In this document: one piece after another, positions 12,721-22,936 of the stretch | Layout of the letters: each line of letters starts with the position of its first letter | Position numbering within the stretch: position 1 is the first letter of the stretch | Assembly: GCA_045863235.1 (NCBI GenBank) | Contig: BTUM01000018.1 | Span: forward strand, 1-64,000 | Source of the DNA: Candidatus Xenobia bacterium | GTDB lineage: Bacteria; Vulcanimicrobiota; Xenobia; Xenobiales; QWHO01 | Direction of reading: 5' to 3' | Length of the DNA stretch: 64,000 bases | Made by a program: the position numbers and the translations under genes | Notes under the pieces: model-generated | The model's input: only the letters and a program-made list of their open reading frames with translations | Told to the model about the DNA's origin: nothing | The model's database searches: none

Positions 12721-13785
12721 TCAGGGCTCCCCATCCTCGCCGAAGCTCTCGATGGTGAGCGACCGTTCCTCGAAACGGTAAGCCCGGACGCCCTTGCGCA
12801 GCACGGAGGCCACCGGCAACCATCTCTGGCCAGAAAAGGAGAGGACCTCCTCCTCGGTGGACAGTCCGAGCTGCTCTTCCAGGAAGCTGGCGCTGAGGTA
12901 GAGCCGGCCGCTGACGAGCAGGCCCAGGGTCGTCAGGGGGGGAGCCTGGTCGATCACGACCTCGATCTCTTCGCCGATCAGCGGCTCGGCACGCCCGCTG
13001 GCGGCCGCCACGATGGCGCGCAGACGGAGGGGGTCGGTCAACGAGGACAGACCTGCCCTGGAGAGCAGCTCCTGGGCTCGGGACAGGAGGTGGGTTCGGC
13101 CGTAGACGTCCGGGAAGACAGCCAGGAAGATACGACCGCTGGCCGGATCGCAGCCCAGCTTGACGGGCTCGTACTCGATCCGGACGCGCAGGCCTACCTC
13201 CACCCGGCCGAAGAGGTCGCGGATCGACTCGGGATACATCCGGATGCAGCCATGCGAGACGGCCCCGCCGATCGAGTCGGGGCGGTTGGTGCCGTGCATG
13301 CCATAGCCGCGCCGGCTCAGACCCAGCCAGCGATCGCCCAGCGGGTTGTCCGGGCCCGGTCCGACCGGGCCGGCCACTCCAGCCCAGGCGGGAGGATCCC
13401 AGGTGGGGTCGACTTCACGGGTGGCGATGGTGAAGGTTCCCACAGGCGTGTTCCAGCCCGGCATCCCGATGGCTACCGGGTAGAACTTGATGAAGGAGCC
13501 ATGGCGATAGAGGTAGACGCCTCGCTCGGGCAGGTTGAGCACCAGGCCGTCAGAAGGCGGGTTTGCCGGCAGGATGCGCCGGCGCGGCACGACCAGCTGG
13601 CCGTCCTTCAGGGGGGCCAGCGAAACCGGCAAGCGGTTGGCGAAGGCCAGGTGCTCCAGCGCCAGGCTGTGGGATCGGGCCACGGTGTAAAGATTGTCCC
13701 GCCCGGTCACCGTGAGCGTGAGGTCCTCTCCGCTCATCCCGGGCAACCCCAGGTTGAGGAGAACCGCTAAGAGCAGTGCGAGCAA
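12721..13785 (-). CDS. L,D-transpeptidase (YkuD family) with LysM-like N-terminus
   Basis: Signal peptide, YPVAIG, GPDNPLG and catalytic HGTN...SHGCIRM. Confidence 0.88.
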   Translation of the reverse strand: MLALLLAVLLNLGLPGMSGEDLTLTVTGRDNLYTVARSHSLALEHLAFANRLPVSLAPLKDGQLVVPRRRILPANPPSDGLVLNLPERGVYLYRHGSFIKFYPVAIGMPGWNTPVGTFTIATREVDPTWDPPAWAGVAGPVGPGPDNPLGDRWLGLSRRGYGMHGTNRPDSIGGAVSHGCIRMYPESIRDLFGRVEVGLRVRIEYEPVKLGCDPASGRIFLAVFPDVYGRTHLLSRAQELLSRAGLSSLTDPLRLRAIVAAASGRAEPLIGEEIEVVIDQAPPLTTLGLLVSGRLYLSASFLEEQLGLSTEEEVLSFSGQRWLPVASVLRKGVRAYRFEERSLTIESFGEDGEP

Positions 13786-13824
13786 TTTTCAGACTCCCCA
13801 CGCAGATGTTGTGGTGCTGGACTT

Positions 13825-14085
13825 CTAGCTCCGCATGGACTTAAGGGCCTGCTCCACCTTCTTGTAGCCGGCATAGAGCTCTTCGAGCAGTGTGCCCAGG
13901 GCCTGGCCTACGTCGGCCGCCGCCTCGCGGGTGGCCTCCTTGACCGGCTTGAGCCGGTGCTGCAGGGTCTCCCACTTGCGCTCGAGCTCGGCGAACAGGT
14001 CGCGGGTCTCGGCTTTGCCCAGGTGGATGTGCAGCTTGATTTCGTCGCGCATGCGCGCGATGTCTTGCATCAGGTCGTCGGACAT
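13825..14085 (-). CDS. Small helical hypothetical protein (86 aa)
   Basis: GGAGG RBS before ATG 14085. MSDDLMQDIARMRDEIKLHIHLGKAETRDLF is amphipathic and resembles a common small-protein family. Confidence 0.7.
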   Translation of the reverse strand: MSDDLMQDIARMRDEIKLHIHLGKAETRDLFAELERKWETLQHRLKPVKEATREAAADVGQALGTLLEELYAGYKKVEQALKSMRS

Positions 14086-14217
14086 GGCTTTGCGCCTCCT
14101 CTGACCGCAGCCTAGCTCAGGCCCGATTGCGGTGCACTGATCCAGGTCATTCGGGTCCACCCGCGAACCACCCGGCATGCCTGTCCTCTCTGGGCAATCT
14201 TGAGATACAATAGCTCC

Positions 14218-15621
14218 ATGCGCAGACGATCGCGGGGAGTGGTGCTGGTCACCTGCTTGTTCCTGGCCCTGTTGCTGTTCAGCCTGACCGTCATCCAGGT
14301 CACGCGCGTCACCTTCCTGGCCGGCGCTATCCGCCAGACGGCCCGCGATGCCCAGGCCAGCCTGCTGGCCCGCTCTGCCTTCAACATGGCCCTGGTGCAG
14401 CTGCGGCGCACGCCCGGTCAGCAGCCCCAGATGGCCGGAAATCTGGGAGGCGGCACCTACACCGTGACCAGTCGGCGGCTGTCCCCCTCGACCGTGGAGG
14501 TGACCGCTCGGGCGACTCTGGGCGGATCGAGCAGTCGGGTCGTGGGACGGATGAGCCAGCTGCAGCCCTCGCAGGTGCCTTTCTACGCCGTGCGCGGACC
14601 GCGCTATTCGAGCTCCGGCAACGTCCGTCCCACCTTCTGGTTCCCGAGCTCGAGCGGCTGGTCCGTGCTTCCGCCTCCCACCATCCCGGCAACCGACGGC
14701 TATTCTTATGGCTCTTTCGGGGGCAACCCGAGTGCCCTCACACTGGGGGTCGATCTCGACAATCAGCCCTATTTTCTGACCTTCCCTCAGCAGGCGCTCT
14801 ACCAGCCCTCTGCGCCCGGCCAGTTTACCTTCGTCAATACTCCCACCTACTCGGGATTGAGCACTCCGATGATGGGCACCCCGGTCAGCAGCGTCCGGGT
14901 TCGTTTGCACCGCTTCGTGGGGCAGCGCTGGACGAGCCAGGAGATCACGGTCCCGATGTCCAGCGACGGGCTGGAGATCACCGCCAGTCGCGACCAGATC
15001 ATGGCCACCCGGCTGGGCCGGGTCATGGCCTACTCGGTGGATGACGGCACCTGGAACGAGCTGGTCCCGGCTTCGAACACGCTGGTGGGTGGTCCTACAG
15101 TGGATGAAAATGGCCAACTCTACGCCATGGTGCGCGACCTGAACTCCTCTCCCTATTCGAGCGGCAATCAGGTCGGTCGCTGGGACGGACGTACCTGGCA
15201 GCGGACCTCCGCCCCGAGTAGCTCCTACGCCGCGCTTCCGGACGGGACGGTGGTCTCCAGCCCCCTGGTGACCACCTCCATCCAGCGAAGCTCCCCCACC
15301 GGCTGGACCAACATCCCCCTGCCTTCCTCGCTCAGCAACAATGTTCAGCGGCAGCTGATGGCGGTGGATCGAGATGGCTCTCCGATCGTGCAGCTGGTGG
15401 ATCGAGGAGGAGGCTTCGGCAACGACTTCCGCGTCTGGAAGCTCACGCTGGGAGCCCAGAGCGTCCCTTCCTGGCAGGTCGCCGACCCGCCCAACCAGCT
15501 CTACGACAGCGCTGGCCAGCTGCAGCCCGGGACCCTGGCCACCACGCCCATCATGGGCCTGACCGGGGGAGGCAACTCGGCCAACAACGCGCGTTTGCGA
15601 AAGGTATGGGAGTACCGCTGA
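14218..15621 (+). CDS. PilX/GspK-like N-terminal domain protein with a beta-rich extracellular region
   Basis: RRSRG-VVLVTCLFLALLLF hydrophobic helix, then AQASLLARSA. Ser/Thr/Gly-rich beta-type C-terminus. Confidence 0.6.
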   Translation: MRRRSRGVVLVTCLFLALLLFSLTVIQVTRVTFLAGAIRQTARDAQASLLARSAFNMALVQLRRTPGQQPQMAGNLGGGTYTVTSRRLSPSTVEVTARATLGGSSSRVVGRMSQLQPSQVPFYAVRGPRYSSSGNVRPTFWFPSSSGWSVLPPPTIPATDGYSYGSFGGNPSALTLGVDLDNQPYFLTFPQQALYQPSAPGQFTFVNTPTYSGLSTPMMGTPVSSVRVRLHRFVGQRWTSQEITVPMSSDGLEITASRDQIMATRLGRVMAYSVDDGTWNELVPASNTLVGGPTVDENGQLYAMVRDLNSSPYSSGNQVGRWDGRTWQRTSAPSSSYAALPDGTVVSSPLVTTSIQRSSPTGWTNIPLPSSLSNNVQRQLMAVDRDGSPIVQLVDRGGGFGNDFRVWKLTLGAQSVPSWQVADPPNQLYDSAGQLQPGTLATTPIMGLTGGGNSANNARLRKVWEYR

Positions 15622-16121
15622 GGCCGCGAGGCCTTACCCTGCCCGAGCTTCTGGTCACGGCCGCCGTTTTCGCGGCGCTGCTGGTGATCGTGGTGGGCCT
15701 GCAGCTTTCCATGACGCGGCTCAATCGCCAGGAGGAGCAGCGCGATCTGGCCCGGCGCAACGTCATCGTGGCGATGAGCCATGTGGGCTCGCTGCTCGGA
15801 CGCTCGCGGGTCAGCGCCCCGGCTCCAGGCAGCCCGGCCGTCGGGCAGGCCGACCTGAGGGTTCCCGCCGCCAGCGGCCAGATCGCCCCCAACGGAGAGC
15901 CGGTGCTGGAGGATCACCAGCTGCGCGTGGATGCCAGCGGCAATCTGCAACTGGTGGGCCCGGCCGGACCGCGTCGACTGGCCTCTCTGGGGGTGGCCGG
16001 GACGATCGAGCTGGAGTGGCTTCCCAGCGGATTGCTGCGGGTGCGGATCGTGTATGCCCGGCAGGCCGGCGTTCCCATGGGGGAGGCGGTGCAGGAGTTC
16101 GTGGTGCCCAACCAGAGCTGA
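15606..16121 (+). CDS. Prepilin-type N-terminal cleavage/methylation domain protein
   Basis: RG|LTLPELLV class III signal with Glu at +5. Confidence 0.8.
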   Translation: MGVPLRPRGLTLPELLVTAAVFAALLVIVVGLQLSMTRLNRQEEQRDLARRNVIVAMSHVGSLLGRSRVSAPAPGSPAVGQADLRVPAASGQIAPNGEPVLEDHQLRVDASGNLQLVGPAGPRRLASLGVAGTIELEWLPSGLLRVRIVYARQAGVPMGEAVQEFVVPNQS

Positions 16122-16127
16122 GCCAGG

Positions 16128-16499
16128 TCACGGTCGGGCGAAGTAGACCCAGGCGTCGTAGCGGTGGGGCCCCTGACGGTCGCTCCAGGTCACCTGCGCT
16201 TCCACCCGGGTCAGCTCAGGGTCGGGCCCGGGTTGCTGGGCGACGGCCACCTGGTAGCCTGGGTGGCCCGGGACGGGGACGGGCGGGTGGGCCACGTTCT
16301 GGGAGAAGTTCGCCTTGAGCTGCATCTCGACTCGATTGAGCTCGGTCTGGGCCACCAGCACCGCCGTGTAGAGCCCGTCGTCCTTGGCTTCGGCTCGCAG
16401 CGTGATGAAGTAGGCCGCGATCACGCCGAACACGGCGATGGTCAAGAACAACAATCCCACCATCACCTCGGTCAGGCTGAATCCGCCGCTCCGCCCCAT
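16128..16499 (-). CDS. Prepilin-type protein (PilV/GspI-like)
   Basis: GG|FSLTEVMVG class III signal and a C-terminal VEAQVTWSD strand. Confidence 0.8.
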   Translation of the reverse strand: MGRSGGFSLTEVMVGLLFLTIAVFGVIAAYFITLRAEAKDDGLYTAVLVAQTELNRVEMQLKANFSQNVAHPPVPVPGHPGYQVAVAQQPGPDPELTRVEAQVTWSDRQGPHRYDAWVYFARP

Positions 16500-16629
16500 T
16501 GAGCCTCTTTCGGCCAGGCCGCTCTGTAAACCTCGCCGACCCAATTCGTTCACACTTTGGCAATGCGTTTTCCAGAATCGGGTCGGCGGCCTGGCTCAAG
16601 CTATCCCCAACACGCAGGGAGGAAAACGC

Positions 16630-18294
16630 ATGACCATCGATGCCCAGAAGACCAATCGCATCCAGACCCCTCCAGAGCGCCCCCGCGCCGCCGAAAGGGC
16701 CCCGGAGCCGGATTCCAGGCCTGACCAGGTGACAACCTCGGCCCCCGAGCGCGAGGAGGACGAGCCGGCCATGCTCGCTGCCCTGAGGCAGAACTACTCC
16801 TCCCCCCTCGAGAGCGCCATCCAGGCCACCGAGGGAGACGGTGAGATGGGCCAGAAGCCGACCCACCTGGCCCACGCACTGGGGGCCATGACCCGCGGCG
16901 ACAAGAGCGGCCTGTGGGCCCGTCCCTACCTCGAGAACATCGCTCGCCAGGCCTACGAGCGCGAGTATGGAGCGGGCGAGATGCCCCCGAGCTACCTCGA
17001 TAGCTGGGTGGACGCCTGGTCGGGCGGCGACCAGGACATCCCCCTGGCTCGCGAGCTGAACGCCCAGTTGGGCGAGCACGGGGTGCGTTCGCCTCAGCAG
17101 GGCGGTGCCTACGACTGGCGCCAGGTCTACGGGCCGGACAAGCTGGCTCCCCCTCAGCTGGGCGGCAACGACTGCGGAGTGACGGCCTCACTCGCGCTCA
17201 TGCGGGCCGTTGGACTGGACGGCGACCAGGCGGCCATGTTCCGCGACGCTCAGGCGCGAGGCGCTCACAACGGCGACGAGTGGAACGGCCCGGGCTCCAT
17301 GCCGGGCTACCTCAGAAGCTTCGGAGTGAACGCTCACACCGAGCCCATGAGCTGGCAGCGCATCGACCAGGAGCTCGCCGCCGGCCGTCCCGTGGTGGTC
17401 AGCACCCGGGCCCACTACTTCGTGATCAGCGGCAAGGACGAGCGAGGCTACAACATGGGCTCCACCGGCCAGAAAGTCGGTGGGGGCACCCACTGGAGTC
17501 AGGCCGACCTGAACCGCTACTCGTCTCAGCACACCCTGGTGGTGCTCGACCCCGAACAGCAGCCACCCGATGAGCCGCGTCCCCCCGCCTTCCGGGTGGC
17601 GCCCTCCCGGGCCAGCAATCCCCGCGAGCTGTGGAGCCAGTCGGAGCCGTCCCCGACCGGGAGCCAGCCTGAGCCGACCCCCACCCGGCAGCCCATGGGC
17701 CAGCAGGTGGCTCAACCCGGCAACGGCAATGCCAACCACACCGTGCAGGCCGGCGACACCCTCTGGGACATCGCCCGGCGCAACGGCACCACCTACCAGG
17801 ACATCGCCCGGCTGAACGGGATCGCCAACCCCGACCTGATCTTTCCCGGGCAGCAGCTGCAACTGCCCGGGGCCGAGGCACCGGCTGCACAGAAGGCCCC
17901 TGGAGGCATGTCCAGCGACCCGGTCCAGATCTCCCGGCTGACCGAAGCCGCCGCCCAGCGTTACAAGATCCCACCCGACATCCTGAAGTCCATCTTTTAC
18001 GCCGAGTCGACCTGGAACCCGGGCGCTGTGGGGGATGGAGGCCACAGCTACGGCATCGGGCAGGTCTACTCCAAAGCCCATCCCGACTTCGACCGCCAGC
18101 GCGCCAGCCAGGACCTGGCCTACCAGATCGACTACAGCGCCCGATTTCTGGCTGGTCTCTACGCCCGGACCGGCAACTGGCAGTCGGCAGTGCGTAGCTA
18201 CAACGGCTCGGGCCCGGCCGCGGAGCGATATGCCAGTAAAGTGCTGGGCACGATCATGCCCTCGCGTCCCTGGACACAGTGGGGCGTCAGTTAA
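16630..18294 (+). CDS. Multidomain cell-wall hydrolase: C39-like peptidase + LysM + lytic transglycosylase (SLT)
   Basis: GGAGG RBS. QLGGNDCG...GRPVVV...HYFVISG (Cys/His), HTVQAGDTLWDIARRNG (LysM), and AESTWNPGA...GIGQV...AVRSYNG (SLT). Confidence 0.8.
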   Translation: MTIDAQKTNRIQTPPERPRAAERAPEPDSRPDQVTTSAPEREEDEPAMLAALRQNYSSPLESAIQATEGDGEMGQKPTHLAHALGAMTRGDKSGLWARPYLENIARQAYEREYGAGEMPPSYLDSWVDAWSGGDQDIPLARELNAQLGEHGVRSPQQGGAYDWRQVYGPDKLAPPQLGGNDCGVTASLALMRAVGLDGDQAAMFRDAQARGAHNGDEWNGPGSMPGYLRSFGVNAHTEPMSWQRIDQELAAGRPVVVSTRAHYFVISGKDERGYNMGSTGQKVGGGTHWSQADLNRYSSQHTLVVLDPEQQPPDEPRPPAFRVAPSRASNPRELWSQSEPSPTGSQPEPTPTRQPMGQQVAQPGNGNANHTVQAGDTLWDIARRNGTTYQDIARLNGIANPDLIFPGQQLQLPGAEAPAAQKAPGGMSSDPVQISRLTEAAAQRYKIPPDILKSIFYAESTWNPGAVGDGGHSYGIGQVYSKAHPDFDRQRASQDLAYQIDYSARFLAGLYARTGNWQSAVRSYNGSGPAAERYASKVLGTIMPSRPWTQWGVS

Positions 18295-18306
18295 CCAAGC
18301 GCCGGC

Positions 18307-19338
18307 TTACAGCGCCAGCATCATGTGATAGACCGGCAGAAAGGCAGCCAGCAAAACCACCCCGACCCCCAGGCCCAGCACCCCCAGCAGAAGCGGCTCG
18401 ACCAGCTTGAGAGCGGTCTCGAGCTCGAGCTGCAGAGCTTCCTCCTGGACGTCGGCAAAGCGGGCGAGCAGGGCTGGCAGCCGCCCGCTGACCTCGCCGG
18501 CGGCGACCAGGTGGCGCAGCATTCCCGGCACGGCCGGGTCGCTGCCCAGCGTCTCGGTGAGCGACTTCCCCAGCCGCAGGCCCTTGAGCGTGTCCTGCAA
18601 GATCTGGTCCACCCGCCGGCTCCCGGTGGGCTGCTCGGAGAGCAGAGTGAGCGACCGCAACAGGCTGATGCCCGAGCTGAGCATCACCGCAAGATCGCGG
18701 CTCAGACGGCACCAGATGGCCATGTAGGCCCCTTTCCCAAGGCCCGGGACGGCGTAGGCCGCATCCTCCATCTTCTGGCGACCTTCCGGATGTCGCCAGG
18801 TCAAAAAGAGCGCCTCGCCCACTCCCAGGGCCACCAGCAAGACGATCAGCCAGACCGTTCCCGGGAGGTCCAGGCTGACGGCCCGGGTGAGCCAGGGGAG
18901 CGGAGCTCCCAGCTGGCGCACCAGCACCAGGAATGAGGGCAGCATCCAGAATTTGAGCAGTCCCACCAGCACCAGGCTCAAGCCCAGAACGCAGGAGGGG
19001 TAGAGCAGGCTGGCCAGCAACTGGCGCCGCAGCGTTCCCTGGTGGGACAGGTGCTCGGCCAGGCGATCGAAGATCAGGGCCATGGCGCCGATCTGCTCGG
19101 AGAGCGCTACCAGGTGGACGTACATGGGCGGAAAGACATGCGGCTCGGCCTTCATGGCCTGGCTCAGGGCCGCTCCCCCGGCCACCCTCTCGCGCACTCT
19201 CCCCATGGCCTCCGACAGCCGCGGATCCTCGCCGGCGCCGGCCACTTTGAGCGCGTCCAGCAAGCGCACCCCCGAGCGCAAGAGCACCCCCAGCTGGAGC
19301 GAGAGGAGCTGCAGATTGCGCGGGCTCACACGACTCAC
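18307..19338 (-). CDS. pilC: Type II secretion F / type IV pilus PilC family platform protein
   Basis: Two T2SSF repeats (LLRSGVRLLDAL; MLSSGISLLRSL...AGEVSGRL) and EPLLL...AFLPVY terminus. Confidence 0.85.
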   Translation of the reverse strand: MSRVSPRNLQLLSLQLGVLLRSGVRLLDALKVAGAGEDPRLSEAMGRVRERVAGGAALSQAMKAEPHVFPPMYVHLVALSEQIGAMALIFDRLAEHLSHQGTLRRQLLASLLYPSCVLGLSLVLVGLLKFWMLPSFLVLVRQLGAPLPWLTRAVSLDLPGTVWLIVLLVALGVGEALFLTWRHPEGRQKMEDAAYAVPGLGKGAYMAIWCRLSRDLAVMLSSGISLLRSLTLLSEQPTGSRRVDQILQDTLKGLRLGKSLTETLGSDPAVPGMLRHLVAAGEVSGRLPALLARFADVQEEALQLELETALKLVEPLLLGVLGLGVGVVLLAAFLPVYHMMLAL

Positions 19339-19391
19339 GAAGCCTCCCTTTCTCTCCGGGAAGATCGATTCCCCGCCGCGAAGGGCGGGCC

Positions 19392-21716
19392 GTGCGCATC
19401 ATCGGCTGGACGCTCGTGGGGCTGGCCTGCCTGGCCTTCACCCTGGTCAGCTCGCCGGCCCGGCCTCTCACCCCGGAGCTGGCGGGCCTGGCTGCCTGCG
19501 CTCTGGTGCTGGAGCTGCTCTCCCCGCCCCTCTCGCTCGGTTTTGCCTGCCTGGCCGGGGCGCCCTACGTGGCCGCCGCCGCGCTGCACCCCCCATTCGC
19601 CTGCTTGCTGGCTCTGGCGGCGGTGCTGGTGCGCACCCTGCTGCGAGGCCAGCCGAGGGCCGCTCTTCCCAGCCTGGTTCCCGTGCTGGCCACGGCCGTC
19701 TTCTGTCTCTTGATCGGGCGCTGGCTGAGCTCGCCCGTCTGGTTGGCCCTGGCCGCCCTGGAGGTCTACCTGCCGCTGGCTCTGCTCCTGCCGGCCCAGT
19801 TCCAGCCCCGAGTGCAGTCCGAGCGCAACCCGGTGGTGTTTTTTGAGGTGGGGGCAGCCTTTCTGGCTCCCGGGCTGGTGAAGCTGGGGGCGCTCTGGTT
19901 GGCCCTGCCCCTGCTGGCTCTGAATCGGGCCGCCCGCCAGGCCCTGAGGCCCCCCGCCCACCCCCTGGACGAAGCCCTGACCGAGCAGCAGCTCGAGCGG
20001 GCCGAGGTTGGCCTGCAGCAGGGCCTGGCCTACCAGGAGCGACTGGGCCAGGAGCTGGCCCGCCGTAACCAGGAGCTGACCCTGCTGCGCGAGCTGGCCC
20101 GCTCGCTGGCCCGGCGTCCGGACCTGGAGCAGACCATGGAGCTGGTGCTGGGCAACCTGCAGCTGCTGGGGCAGGCCCGCAGCGCGGTCTTCTTCGAGCC
20201 CGACGAGGAGGGATTGCGCCCCGCTTTCTATCGCAGCCCGGAGGAGAGCCTCTTGCGCGAGGCTCCTCTGCTCAAGCTGCGCGAGCCCATGGTGGAGCAG
20301 GCCTGGCACGACCTGCGGGTGGTCAGCGACCCCGGTCCGCCCGGGGCTCGGATGCTGGCCATGGAGCCGGCCGCCGTGGCCATCCCGCTGGAAGAGCTGG
20401 GGGTGTTCTACGTGGGCGATTCGCGCTCGCAACCGTTCACGCGCGAGGAGGCTCAGGTGCTGGCCACCACCGTGGCCCAGGCCGGTCTGGCGCTGCTCTC
20501 GGCCGAGCGTTTCGAGACCCAGGAGCAGGCCCTCCAACGGCACAGCCGGGCCCGCCAGCGGTTGCGGGGACGGGTGGAGCAGCTCGGCCACCTGCTGGAG
20601 GCCTCCCGGGCGGTAGCCGGCAGCCTCGACCCCGGCGCGGTGACCGGGGCCATCCTGGCCGAGGCCAGCCGGCTGGCTCCCTATGACCACTACCGGCTCG
20701 AGCTGGGCGACCGGGTGGTGGGCGAGTCGGGTCCGGCCTGGGTGGAGACGGCCGCGCTGGTGCGCGAGAACGACCGTCCCCTGCTGCTCGAGAGCACCCG
20801 CGAGACACGCTTTGCGCCCCTGGGTGTGGAGAGCCTGCTGGGCGTCCCGCTGGCTCCCGAGGGTTCCCTGCTTCTGGGCCACTCCGATCCCGGCCAGTTC
20901 GACCGGGGCCATCAGGATCTGATGCTGGTGCTGGCGGTGCAGGTCGGCACGGCCCTGGAGAACGCTCGTCTGCATGCCGAGGTGGTCGAGGCCTACCGGC
21001 TGTTGCAGGAGTCCCAGGCTCAGCTCGTGCAGGCCAGCAAGATCGCGGCCGTAGGCCAGCTGGCGGCGGGGGTGGCCCACGAGCTGAACACCCCGCTGGG
21101 AGCGGTGGTGCTGGGCATCGACTCGGTGCTCTCGGGACCGGACGTGACCGAACGCATCCAGGGCCGTCTGCAGCGGGCCCGGAACGCCGCCCTGCGGGCT
21201 CGCGAGATCGTCAACAAGCTGCTCTTCTACACCCGCGAGGGCCGCTCGGAGGAGCGGCCGGTGGAGCTGTCCCAGGTGGTCGAGGACACGCTCGAGTTTC
21301 TCGGCTACCACCTCACCCGCGACAACATCAAGGTCGAGCGCCGCTGCGCGCCCGCTCAGGTCCTGGGCAACCAGCACGACCTGCAACAGGTCCTGACCAA
21401 CCTCATCCTCAATGCCCGCGACGCCCTGATCGACCTCCCCGAGAGCCAGCGGCTGGTCGAGGTCAGCTTGAGCGTGCAAGACCGGGAGGCGGTGCTCGAG
21501 GTGGTCGACCGCGGTCCGGGCATCCCGCCCGATGTGCTCGAGCGCGTCTTCGAGCCGTTCTTCACCACCAAGCCGGTGGGTCGGGGAACCGGGCTGGGGT
21601 TGTCGATCAGCCATCAGATCGTCGAGCAGCACGGTGGCACTCTGAAGGTGGTCTCTGAGCCGGGACAGGGAGCCCGGTTCGTGCTGCGGCTGCCTCTGCT
21701 CACAGCCGGCGAGTGA
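19392..21716 (+). CDS. Membrane-bound GAF-domain sensor histidine kinase
   Basis: N-terminal TM segments, two GAF-like regions, H-box AHELNTPL, N-box NLILNA, and D.GPG, FFTTK, GTGLGL boxes. Confidence 0.9.
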   Translation: MRIIGWTLVGLACLAFTLVSSPARPLTPELAGLAACALVLELLSPPLSLGFACLAGAPYVAAAALHPPFACLLALAAVLVRTLLRGQPRAALPSLVPVLATAVFCLLIGRWLSSPVWLALAALEVYLPLALLLPAQFQPRVQSERNPVVFFEVGAAFLAPGLVKLGALWLALPLLALNRAARQALRPPAHPLDEALTEQQLERAEVGLQQGLAYQERLGQELARRNQELTLLRELARSLARRPDLEQTMELVLGNLQLLGQARSAVFFEPDEEGLRPAFYRSPEESLLREAPLLKLREPMVEQAWHDLRVVSDPGPPGARMLAMEPAAVAIPLEELGVFYVGDSRSQPFTREEAQVLATTVAQAGLALLSAERFETQEQALQRHSRARQRLRGRVEQLGHLLEASRAVAGSLDPGAVTGAILAEASRLAPYDHYRLELGDRVVGESGPAWVETAALVRENDRPLLLESTRETRFAPLGVESLLGVPLAPEGSLLLGHSDPGQFDRGHQDLMLVLAVQVGTALENARLHAEVVEAYRLLQESQAQLVQASKIAAVGQLAAGVAHELNTPLGAVVLGIDSVLSGPDVTERIQGRLQRARNAALRAREIVNKLLFYTREGRSEERPVELSQVVEDTLEFLGYHLTRDNIKVERRCAPAQVLGNQHDLQQVLTNLILNARDALIDLPESQRLVEVSLSVQDREAVLEVVDRGPGIPPDVLERVFEPFFTTKPVGRGTGLGLSISHQIVEQHGGTLKVVSEPGQGARFVLRLPLLTAGE

Positions 21717-21872
21717 GGGCCATCCGGCGCAACTCGCGGGCTTGCTCGACGCCTGGCTCGGGCGCAGGCACCGAGCCCTGGTAGCCATCCCCCAGCGACC
21801 AACCGTAAGGGCACGGGCTGGGCGGCGGGGGAGGCGCGGTTGGACGCGGCGTCCCCGCCGCCCGGATGCTCT

Positions 21873-22799
21873 TCACCGCATCCGCCCCATGAACTGGTCG
21901 GCCGTGCCCATCGGCTCGAAGCGCCCGTTCTTGTCCTGCATGATGGAGGTCTGAGCGGGCTCGAGCTGGCCCAGGTTGACGCGCGCGCCGGGCAGGAAGA
22001 TGCGCACCGACTTGACCACGCCCTGCGGGTTGTCGGCCCCCATCAGCACCCGGGTGCCGTCTTGCAGGGTGAAGAGGGCATTCTTCTTGTCGAAGTCGCT
22101 CTTGGAGCCGTCCGGATGGTCGATGTGGGGATCGCCCCACACCCGCCAGTCGCGCGGCTTGAGGTCGGCGGCCGCGGCGGCCGAGGCCGAGGAGCTGCCG
22201 GTGGCTCCACCCAGCATGGGTCCGAAGCTCATCAGGGCGGTCTGCAGGGCGGTGCTGGCGCTGGCCGAGGCGCTGGCCGAGCCTCCTTCGCCGGAGGCCG
22301 AGGAGGCCGAGGCCGAGGCGGCGCTGGCCAGGATCAGGGCGAACTGGCGGCCAGGGTTGGCGGCGCCACCGGCCTGGTTGGCAGTTGCGCCCGCCCCTGA
22401 GGAGACGCTCTCGCCCGTCTCGTGAATCTTGACCTCATCGCCTTTCCAGGAGATGGTGCTGCCCGAAGGGGTGGTAAAGCTGTCGCCTTCCTTCAGGTCC
22501 ACGTAGCCTCCCTGGGGCGCGCCGGGCTCCTCGCCCCGGGTGGCCCCGTTGAGGGGAGAGGACATGCCCTGGTGGCGGGCATTGGCCAGCATCATGGCCA
22601 GCAGCAGCATGACTGCCTGCATGTCGGGGCTGGCCAGCTGGCCCAGGAGCTGCATCTGGTCGAGCTCCTCGGGCTCGTTGGAGAAGTGCATGGAGTCCTG
22701 CCCGAAGGGGTCCAGGGCAGGCGTGAAGGGTGTCGCAGACAGCGGGTTGGCGTTATGCATTGGGTGCAGCATGGTGGCGGCGGTCAGGCTAGCGATCAT
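21873..22799 (-). CDS. Ala/Ser-rich protein with a C-terminal DUF1521/MIIA-like GDPH domain
   Basis: GGAGGG RBS before ATG 22799. WRVWGDPHIDHPDG...FTLQDGTRV motif and ASASASA tracts. Confidence 0.65.
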   Translation of the reverse strand: MIASLTAATMLHPMHNANPLSATPFTPALDPFGQDSMHFSNEPEELDQMQLLGQLASPDMQAVMLLLAMMLANARHQGMSSPLNGATRGEEPGAPQGGYVDLKEGDSFTTPSGSTISWKGDEVKIHETGESVSSGAGATANQAGGAANPGRQFALILASAASASASSASGEGGSASASASASTALQTALMSFGPMLGGATGSSSASAAAAADLKPRDWRVWGDPHIDHPDGSKSDFDKKNALFTLQDGTRVLMGADNPQGVVKSVRIFLPGARVNLGQLEPAQTSIMQDKNGRFEPMGTADQFMGRMR

Positions 22800-22936
22800 C
22801 TTTGTTCCCTCCAGCGTTGTTGTTTGTGTCCTCAGCTTAGGGCACGCCCTGAGCGGCAAGCTGGAAACGGGTTGCCGATTTGTAAACTCGGGCGGGGGAA
22901 TTGTTAAGCCGCGCCAGTTTCTTGAAGCCGGCGGAC

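Noticed and set aside
14086..15117. Upstream part of the 430-aa minus ORF 13825-15117
   Set aside because: Antisense to the PilX-like gene. Only the last 86 codons have an RBS and protein-like composition.
19335..21788. 817-aa minus-strand ORF and many other long antisense ORFs (e.g. 2191-3666, 49169-50968, 56244-58121, 60965-63076)
   Set aside because: Shadow frames of motif-supported genes on the opposite strand, expected at high GC.
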